From Planctomycetota bacterium (GTDB taxonomy: Bacteria; Planctomycetota; PLA2; JAEUHO01), in contig CBDCWP010000001.1 in assembly GCA_965223505.1 (NCBI GenBank), forward strand, positions 1 to 63,061: a DNA stretch of 63,061 bases, read 5' to 3'. How positions within the stretch are numbered: the first letter of the stretch is position 1; every line of letters starts with the position of its first letter. Both the position numbers and the translations under genes were made by a program. A model generated the notes under the pieces. The model was not told where the DNA came from. It made no database searches and saw only the letters and a list, made by a program, of their open reading frames with translations. Positions 56,277-63,061 of the stretch are shown here, one piece after another.

Positions 56277-58247
56277 ATGGAACGCCGAATGCTGCTGGCC
56301 GTCGTCCTGTCGTTTCTGGCAGTGACGCTCTGGAGCTCGATCACGGGCCGCAGCTGCTTCGCTCCGCCGAAGAAGCCCGACGAAGACAACGGCAAGCCCG
56401 TCGAAGGCACCGAGAACCCCGACGATCCGCCCGCGGCGAACGGCGAACAACCGAAGGATCCGCCCAAGGACCCCAACGGCAACGGTGACGTTCCCGAACC
56501 GCCCCAGGACCCCGACGGCAACGGCGACGGCCCGGAACCGCGCAAGGACGATCCGATCGAGGACCATCCGCACAGCGGACTCGAGGTCGAGCGCGCGGTG
56601 CTCAAGTCCACCGAGCTCGAGGTCGGCTTCACTACGCTCGGCGGTTCCGTCGAGTACGTGCGGTTGCTGCGCCAGTTCGAGACCGACAAGGAGACGCCGC
56701 TGGACGTCATCGTCCCGGCGGACCCCTGGCACATGCTGGGACACGTCGACGACACGGCGCTCGTTCCGAGCGTGTCGCCCGGCGGCGCGGACCGCCGCGA
56801 CGAGCCGGCCGGCCCCATGCGCAAGCTCAACTGGCGCATCCAGAGCGTCAACGAGAAGGGGATCGTCTTCTTCTGGGAAGCGAACGGCGTGCGGCTCACC
56901 AAGCGCTGGACGATGCCGGTCGGCGAGGACCAGTTTGCGCTGAAACTCACGCTTTCCGGCAAGGCGACGTCCGGCGACGCCAAGGCGCTCGACGTCAAAG
57001 TCCTCGTCAGCGGCAACCAGTTCCGCGAAGAGGTCCAGGGCATGGACATGTTCCAGGGCACGCGCGCCGTCGTGCGGCTCTCGAACCAGGGCGAGGTCTC
57101 CGAGGACTTCCACTTCGGCATCCCCGTCGAAGAGCTCACGCTCGGCGGCGTCGACAACCCGCGCCTGCGCATGCTCGGCTCGCGCTCGCTCTACTACATG
57201 GTCGCCTACTACCGGGAGGCCGGTGAGCCCGAGCCGCCCATCACGCGCGCCTGGATCACGGGTGAGGACGCCTCCCAGCGGCCGACGATGGAGGAGAACG
57301 TCAAGGCGTTCTTCGAGCAGCGCGGCCGCGCGATCGAGGGGGACAGCCGCGACGAGGCGCTGGCGCTGCGGCTCAAGCGCAGCGTGGCCCAGGCGCACCA
57401 CGCGTGGGTGGTCGTGCAGCTGCCGCTCGACGAGAAGCCGGTCGAGCTGCCGATCTACGTCGGGCCGATGTCGCGCGGCGTCCTCGCGCAGGAGTCGTAC
57501 CGCGAGCTCGAGCCGACGATCACGTTCCCGTTCTCGTTCGACATCGTCGCGAAGGCGCTGATCGGCATCTACGACATCTGGCTGAGCCTCTTCGGCAGCG
57601 CGGGTCTGGCGGTGATCCTGATGACGCTGGTCGTACGCGGGCTGATGATGCCGCTCTCCATCCGCAACCAGCTCTCGATGCGCAAGTACAGCCGCAAGGT
57701 CGCCAAGCTCAAGCCCAAGCTCGCCGCGCTGCAGCAGAAGTTCGGGAAGAACCCCAAGAAGATGCGCGAAGAGCAGATGAAGCTCTACCGCGAACACGGC
57801 ATCGGCTTCCCCGGCGGCTGCTTGATGATGCTGCTGCAGATTCCGATCTGGTTCGCGCTGTTCAGCTCGCTGCGGCGCGAGTTCACGCTGCGCGGCGCGT
57901 CGTTCCTGTGGATCGACGACCTGTCCGGTCCCGACAAGCTGATCGAGCTCGGTACCAACATCAATCTCATGGTGTTGCAGCTCAGCTCCATCAACCTGCT
58001 GCCGCTGCTCATGGTGACGCTGTCGATCATCCACACGCGCTCGATGCCGAAGCCGCAGGACGAGCAGACGGCGCAGCAGTACAAGATGATGAAGTGGATG
58101 CCGATCATCTTCGCCGTCATCCTGTACAACTACACCGCGGCGCTGATGCTCTACATGGTGCTCAGCTCCGCGTTCGGCATCCTCGAAGCGAAGATCGTCC
58201 GCGTCAAGGACGAGAGCGCGGCGGACGCCGCCCCGGCGCCCGCCTGA
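56277..58247 (+). CDS. yidC: membrane protein insertase YidC
   Basis: N-terminal TM, large periplasmic domain, YVGP, GLAVILMTLVVR...PL, MKLYREHG...GGCL..LLQIPIWFAL, FLWIDDLSGPD. Confidence 0.95.
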   Translation: MERRMLLAVVLSFLAVTLWSSITGRSCFAPPKKPDEDNGKPVEGTENPDDPPAANGEQPKDPPKDPNGNGDVPEPPQDPDGNGDGPEPRKDDPIEDHPHSGLEVERAVLKSTELEVGFTTLGGSVEYVRLLRQFETDKETPLDVIVPADPWHMLGHVDDTALVPSVSPGGADRRDEPAGPMRKLNWRIQSVNEKGIVFFWEANGVRLTKRWTMPVGEDQFALKLTLSGKATSGDAKALDVKVLVSGNQFREEVQGMDMFQGTRAVVRLSNQGEVSEDFHFGIPVEELTLGGVDNPRLRMLGSRSLYYMVAYYREAGEPEPPITRAWITGEDASQRPTMEENVKAFFEQRGRAIEGDSRDEALALRLKRSVAQAHHAWVVVQLPLDEKPVELPIYVGPMSRGVLAQESYRELEPTITFPFSFDIVAKALIGIYDIWLSLFGSAGLAVILMTLVVRGLMMPLSIRNQLSMRKYSRKVAKLKPKLAALQQKFGKNPKKMREEQMKLYREHGIGFPGGCLMMLLQIPIWFALFSSLRREFTLRGASFLWIDDLSGPDKLIELGTNINLMVLQLSSINLLPLLMVTLSIIHTRSMPKPQDEQTAQQYKMMKWMPIIFAVILYNYTAALMLYMVLSSAFGILEAKIVRVKDESAADAAPAPA

Positions 58248-58289
58248 CGCGGCGCGTAACCGCCGGCCACCGTCGCGCGATGTCGGCGC

Positions 58290-58988
58290 GTGCAACGACT
58301 TCCCTTCCACCGCCACACGAACGGCCAGTCGGGTAGCCGGCCGAGCGATCTCGAGCTCCGGGACGCCCTCGGCATGGGCGGCCCCGGTGCGCTGACGGAC
58401 CGCGAGCTGCTCTCCATCCTCATCAACAGCACGGACGTGCTGCGTGCCGAGGGGTTGCTTCGCAAGTACGGCTCGCTGCGTGCCCTGGCGCGGGCCAGCG
58501 TGCACGAGCTGCAGTCCGGCGTCGGCAGGCTGGGACCGGTGACGTCGCTGCGCGTCGTCGCCGCGTTCGCGCTCGGGCGCCGGGTTCGCACCGAACGACT
58601 GCCGAGGGGTCGGACGCTCAAGTCGAGCGGCCAGATCTTCGAGTACTTCCACGAACGGCTGCGCGACCTGAAGAAGGAGCGCTTCATCACGGTGCTGCTG
58701 GACGGCAAGAACCGCGTGATGCGCGAGGACCGGGTCTCGGAGGGCATCCTCACGGCGAGCCTGGTCCATCCGCGCGAGGTCTTCTCGCCGGCGATCCGGG
58801 AAGCGGCTGCGGGCATCGTGTTGATCCACAACCACCCGTCGGGCGATCCGGAGCCGAGTCCGGAGGACCTCGAGGTCACGCAGCGGTTGTGCGCGGTCGG
58901 CGAGCTCGTCGGGATCCGCGTGTTGGATCACCTCGTCATCGGCGACGGGCGCTACGTGTCGTTCCTGGAGCGGGGGCTATTGGACTGA
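58290..58988 (+). CDS. radC: RadC (JAB/MPN domain) protein
   Basis: ALTDRELL, KERF, SLVHPREVF, HNHPSGDPEPSPED, VLDHLVIG. Confidence 0.95.
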   Translation: MQRLPFHRHTNGQSGSRPSDLELRDALGMGGPGALTDRELLSILINSTDVLRAEGLLRKYGSLRALARASVHELQSGVGRLGPVTSLRVVAAFALGRRVRTERLPRGRTLKSSGQIFEYFHERLRDLKKERFITVLLDGKNRVMREDRVSEGILTASLVHPREVFSPAIREAAAGIVLIHNHPSGDPEPSPEDLEVTQRLCAVGELVGIRVLDHLVIGDGRYVSFLERGLLD

Positions 58989-59065
58989 CGGGAAACACCG
59001 CGAGTAGCGAACAGGGAAACCGGGCTTCGTAAGGTGATGGGGTCCCGTCTTCGGGCACCTCTCCA

Positions 59066-59248
59066 GGATCGGGTCGCGACTGCGCCTTGCTGATCGCCAT
59101 TGGCGTCGACGCGGATGGAAGACGCCGCGTGCTGGGAACGAGCGTGAGCCTCTCGGAGGGCGATGTCCACTGGCGCGAGTTCCTCAGCTCGCTCCAGGAC
59201 CGCGGGCTTCACGGGGTCGAGCTCATCACCGAAGGGCGCAAGGGGCTG
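59066..59248 (+). pseudogene. internal fragment of an IS256-family transposase
   Basis: RDCALLIAIGVDADGRRRVLGTSVSLSEGDVHWREFLSSLQDRGLHGVELIT is nearly identical to part of the full transposase downstream, in opposite orientation. Confidence 0.85.
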
Positions 59249-59313
59249 CGACTCTTCACTTGCTCTCCGTTAGCTGCTGGACGTACAGTCTGTTGCGATA
59301 AGGGAGATGTGAT

Positions 59314-59465
59314 ATGGCTAGCGCGTACAAAATTGACAGTCGCATTGTGGACCAAATGACCGGCCATGGTGTCGCCGGTGCCGTGGTCGAGGCGTGGGAC
59401 AAGGACCCCTACTACGACGACCTCGTCGGCACTACGACGACGGATGATGATGGATACTTCCATCT
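59314..59465 (+). pseudogene. 5' stub of an IS-interrupted gene (transthyretin/carboxypeptidase-regulatory-like domain)
   Basis: GGGAG RBS, ATG, MASAYKIDSRIVDQMTGHGVAGAVVEAWDKD...DDLVG...TDDDGYF, cut exactly at the IS end. Confidence 0.7.
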
Positions 59466-60863
59466 GGCAGAGCAACGTTCTTTCTGTAAATCGCTGAGCG
59501 GTTGATCAAGCGTCGTCCCTCGGCAAGTACCTCCGTCCGGTTTCCCATTCCTCGCTGATCTCGATGAGCACCGCGCTCGCAAGCCGCAGCAAGGACGCTT
59601 CGTTTGGAAAGAGTCCGGCAACACGCGTGCGCCGCCGGATCTGTTGATTCAGGTTTTCGAGGCTGTTGGTGGTGCGCAGGCGCTTGCGTTGCGCCTCGTT
59701 GAGGCCATGGTCGAACACGGTGAATCCCTGCGAGATGTTCTCCTCGGCCCAACGCGCCAAGTCGGGCGCGGGCTTGTCCCACTTCTTTACGAAGGCCTCG
59801 AGCTTCTCTTGAGCCTCGCGCCGCGACGTCGCGTTGAACGCGGCGCGAAGATCAGCGGCGACGTCGCGTCGAAGCTTCTGACGCGGCACGTAAGCTTGTG
59901 CGTTCTGCTGCAGGTGGAACTGGCAGCGCTGCCAGGCGACGCCGGCGAAGCGGGCAGCGAGCGCGGCGGCCAAGCCCTTGTGGCCGTCGCTGGTGATGAG
60001 CTCGACGCCATGCAGTCCGCGGTCCTGGAGCGAGCTGAGGAACTCGCGCCAGTGAACCTCGGCTTCCGAAAGGCTCACGCTCGTTCCCAGCACGCTGCGC
60101 CTGCCGTCGTGGCCGATGCCGATGGCGATGAGCAGCGCGCAGTCGCGCACCGATCCGCCGTGGCGCACCTTCTCGTAGCGGGCATCGAGCACGAGGTACT
60201 TGAATGCCCCGAGCGGCCGTGTGCGCCAACGCGAAAGCTCCTCATCGAGCAGCGCAGCTGCTCGCGACACGCTCGTGGAGCTGATTTCAAGGCCGTTGCA
60301 AAGCACCTTCGTAATCTCCTCGACACGGCGCGTCGAAACACCCTGGACGTACATCTCCGCCAAAGCCAGCGTGAGCGCTCTCTCGCTTCGCTGGCCGCGT
60401 TCAAGGCTCGATGGGTAAAACGCATCGCCGCCCTCGACGTCGCGCACCTGAGGCACCTGTACGTCGATCTCGCCTAGGCGCGTGCGAACGCGCTTGGGCT
60501 TGAACCCGTTGGCGTACCCGCGACGCTGCTCGCTGCGCTCGTGCGGTTCAGCGCCGAGGAAGGCACTGCGTTCGATTCTCATGGACTCGTTGATCAGCAC
60601 TCGCATCGCCTCGGCCATGCCGTCGAATCCGCTCTCGCTGAGCGCTTCCAGGGCGTCGGCCCACGGCGTACGCTGTTCGTGGTGGGTCACGTCGATCTCC
60701 AATGCAAGTTGTCGTAGACCTGCAAAGGTACGGCGTTGATCCGCCACTCAGTTGACCCCGGGAGATGGCGGCGCGCCCGCTTCGCTTGAATCAGCTAGCT
60801 GATTCAAGCGAAGCGAGCGCCTCTCCTCCGGGGAGCCATTTACAGAAAGAACGGTACACCCTC
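59466..60863 (-). mobile_element. IS256-family insertion sequence, 1398 bp
   Basis: Imperfect terminal inverted repeats GGCAGAGCAACGTTCTTTCTGTAAAT and (reverse complement) GAGGGTGTACCGTTCTTTCTGTAAAT around an intact transposase; no target duplication. Confidence 0.92.
59506..60690 (-). CDS. IS256 (mutator) DDE transposase
   Basis: YANG, EMYVQGVSTRRV, LDARYEKVR, ITSDGHKGL, WQRCQFH, RTTNSLENLN, FPNEASLLRL. GGAG RBS before GTG 60690; the ORF track extends to 60747. Confidence 0.95.
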   Translation of the reverse strand: MTHHEQRTPWADALEALSESGFDGMAEAMRVLINESMRIERSAFLGAEPHERSEQRRGYANGFKPKRVRTRLGEIDVQVPQVRDVEGGDAFYPSSLERGQRSERALTLALAEMYVQGVSTRRVEEITKVLCNGLEISSTSVSRAAALLDEELSRWRTRPLGAFKYLVLDARYEKVRHGGSVRDCALLIAIGIGHDGRRSVLGTSVSLSEAEVHWREFLSSLQDRGLHGVELITSDGHKGLAAALAARFAGVAWQRCQFHLQQNAQAYVPRQKLRRDVAADLRAAFNATSRREAQEKLEAFVKKWDKPAPDLARWAEENISQGFTVFDHGLNEAQRKRLRTTNSLENLNQQIRRRTRVAGLFPNEASLLRLASAVLIEISEEWETGRRYLPRDDA

Positions 60864-60864
60864 C

Positions 60865-62901
60865 GTCGAGGCCGGCGCGCCTGCTGTGGCAAGCGTTGCC
60901 ATCGAAGACGCCCCGGCCATGGGGTTTTATCCCGACGATGTCTCGGTCGCCCCAGGGGGGACGGTCCAGTGGACGAACAACAGCCAGTTCCACCACACGG
61001 TTACCTCCAAGGCCGGCGCCGGCATCAACACGCATTGCCTCAACGGACGTGGATTCGTCGGAAACTCACCGACCATCATCGGATATCAGGGCCAGAAAAT
61101 CCGCTGGTACGTCTTCAACCTCGACCTCAGCCACGAGTTCCACAACTTCCATCCTCACTCGCAGCGATGGCGTCTGGCCGGAGAGAACATCGATGTCCGC
61201 AGCCTGAGTCCCGCAGAGTCCTTCCAAGTCGAAACCGCGGTCCCGCCGGTGATCCTGCTGACCGATGAGATGGAGGCCATCCAGGCGCGCGCCGACCGGC
61301 CGGCAGACGCGACGCTTTATCGCTTGAAGGGTGACTTCGTTTTCCATTGCCATGTGCACCACCACATGATGAACGGCATGATCGGTATTGTGCGGGCGCG
61401 CCAGAGCGTGTGGCTTACGCCGACCATGGTCGAAGACATCGAGACGCGAACGGGACTGCCGATCGACGACTTCACGAATGCGTGCCCGACAGTCGATCCA
61501 ATGCGGTGCAAGAAGCTGGCAGGCGGTCGCATCGAGGAGATCCCGGCCGATCCCGAAGTGATCATGATGCACGCCGCGTTGTTGGCAAACAGCGAGCGCG
61601 TGTTGATCTGGGGCAAGACGCGCCCGGACCAGTCGCGCATCTATGACGCGGTGGCCGGAACGTTCACCGCTCCGGCGAACCAGCCGGCTTCGTTGCCGGG
61701 CGAGGATCAAAACACGTCCAACCTCTGGTCTGCGGCGCACGCCTTCCTCGATGCGGCTGAAGGCACGCTCCTTGCCCACGGTGGCCTCACGAGGGACGTG
61801 AACAACGACCCCAACAAGTGCTATCTGTTCGATCCGACGACAGACCTGTGGTCTCCGGCGGCCAACACGGCCCACGGCCGCTTCTACGCCACGACCATCA
61901 CACTCGCCGACGGCAAGATCCTGACCTACTACGGCAATGGCGGCCCGCCGATCGTCTCCGACACGTTCGAGGTGTACGACCCGTCCGCTGACAGCTGGTC
62001 CGCGCCCAAGCAGGCCAGCTTCGCCTATCTGTACTATCCGTGGATGTACCTACTCCCGAACGGTGAGCTATTCGTCGCCGGTCCGCAGGTCCCCGCAAGA
62101 ACGATCGACTGGACCCAGCCGGGCCCGATTCCCGACGACCCAATGCGGCAGTTCGATACGGGCAAGGCGGGACGCGGCAGCAACATGAACGGGACGTCGG
62201 TGCTTCTCACCTTGCGTCCCCCCAACTACGAGCCTGTCGTCATGATCATGGGTGGCCAGGACGCGACGGTGCGCCAGTCCGTGCAGCAGATCGACCTCTC
62301 TGTCGCCGCCCCCGCCTGGAGCGATCTAGCCGACCTCAACCACGAGCGAGTGAACTGCACATCGGTTCTGTTACCCGATGGTCAGGTATTCATCTGCGGA
62401 GGTATCTTCGGCATTCCCGGTGGCGGTCCCATCGAGACTTTCGATCCGGCGAATCCCGGCGACGGCTGGAAGCTCGGGCCCGAGTCCGCTTATCCCCGCC
62501 TCTACCACTCCTCGATGATCCTACTGCCGGACGGCAGCGTGCTGATCGGCGGAGACGACGACGGCGCGGATCCATGCGAGCGCTACTACCCCGCCTACTA
62601 CGACTTGCCGAGGCAGACGATCACGAACGCGCCGGCCAGCCTGTCCTGGGGCGATGCGTTCACGGTCCAGACCACCGGCGCACCGGTAGACGAAGTCGTC
62701 CTCATGCGCGCCGGCGCCGTAACGCACGGCTTTGACATGTCGCAGCGACGCATCGAACTCCAGATCACCGGGGGCGGCCCGAACGACGTGAACGTCGATG
62801 CGCCGCCAAACGGCAACGTTGCGCCTCCGGGCTACTACCTGTTGTTCGTGCTTGACGCGAGCCGCGTGCCGTCGACGGGTCGTTGGATCCGACTGACGTA
62901 G
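60865..62901 (+). CDS. multicopper-oxidase domain plus galactose-oxidase-like kelch and DUF1929 fusion, 5'-truncated by IS256
   Basis: Cupredoxin-like GTVQWTN..HTVT; MCO motifs HNFHPH and HCHVHHHMMNGM; kelch motifs GRFYAT..LADG, YYPW, RLYHS..LLPDG; C-terminal VTHGFD, APPGYYLLFV. Confidence 0.88.
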   Translation, partial: VEAGAPAVASVAIEDAPAMGFYPDDVSVAPGGTVQWTNNSQFHHTVTSKAGAGINTHCLNGRGFVGNSPTIIGYQGQKIRWYVFNLDLSHEFHNFHPHSQRWRLAGENIDVRSLSPAESFQVETAVPPVILLTDEMEAIQARADRPADATLYRLKGDFVFHCHVHHHMMNGMIGIVRARQSVWLTPTMVEDIETRTGLPIDDFTNACPTVDPMRCKKLAGGRIEEIPADPEVIMMHAALLANSERVLIWGKTRPDQSRIYDAVAGTFTAPANQPASLPGEDQNTSNLWSAAHAFLDAAEGTLLAHGGLTRDVNNDPNKCYLFDPTTDLWSPAANTAHGRFYATTITLADGKILTYYGNGGPPIVSDTFEVYDPSADSWSAPKQASFAYLYYPWMYLLPNGELFVAGPQVPARTIDWTQPGPIPDDPMRQFDTGKAGRGSNMNGTSVLLTLRPPNYEPVVMIMGGQDATVRQSVQQIDLSVAAPAWSDLADLNHERVNCTSVLLPDGQVFICGGIFGIPGGGPIETFDPANPGDGWKLGPESAYPRLYHSSMILLPDGSVLIGGDDDGADPCERYYPAYYDLPRQTITNAPASLSWGDAFTVQTTGAPVDEVVLMRAGAVTHGFDMSQRRIELQITGGGPNDVNVDAPPNGNVAPPGYYLLFVLDASRVPSTGRWIRLT

Positions 62902-63061
62902 GAGGCCTACCGAGTCGCGCGGGGTCATCGCGCGAGGCTCAGACCGCCTGCGAGACGAAAGCCCCCGTCGCCCGCGTCGTCGAGCGATCGCATGTGGAAA
63001 AGGACGTGCCGGGCCCGTGAGATTCAGTGGCGGGAGCCAGCCGTACCACATCGTCCCCCTC

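Noticed and set aside
59314..59505. Complete 63-aa protein
   Set aside because: Its last residues and stop codon come from the IS256 terminal repeat; it is a truncated stub.

Overview
GC-rich bacterial chromosomal segment. It is most consistent with a Planctomycetota genome (inference from nusA-infB-rbfA without rimP, several HEAT-repeat and zinc-ribbon/HExxH membrane proteins, and an ECF sigma factor). From left to right it holds: an mdh-argC-argD-argF' operon; an RsbW/STAS/MlaE/MlaD cluster; a probable ceramide pathway (SPT, bCerS-like GNAT, CerR-like SDR); HEAT proteins, HU/IHF and a TMTC-like GT-C; an ECF sigma with a zinc-ribbon/HExxH protein; a Cys-patterned Asp-box propeller lipoprotein; fabZ-like, gamma-CA, CPBP, thiGS and an Hps-RraA fusion; nusA-infB-rbfA-tRNA-His; Fur-box-like palindrome, bfd and bfr; PilZ, dodecin, a Tyr-rich mini-lipoprotein, S9 peptidase and crcB; smc; a 101-bp palindromic tandem array; nrdR coupled to an apparently catalytically dead NrdD-like protein under tandem NrdR boxes; yidC and radC. 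The right end is accessory, with an IS256 element splitting a multicopper-oxidase/galactose-oxidase-like fusion gene. Two genes (argD, mlaD) carry +1 frameshifts in 4-nt G/C runs, probably read errors. The strongest novelty candidates are the NrdR plus pseudo-NrdD module, the Cu-oxidase fusion lacking the Cys of the Cys-Tyr cofactor, the ceramide-plus-Mla locus and the disulfide-ladder propeller. All family calls come from motif recognition; no searches were run.
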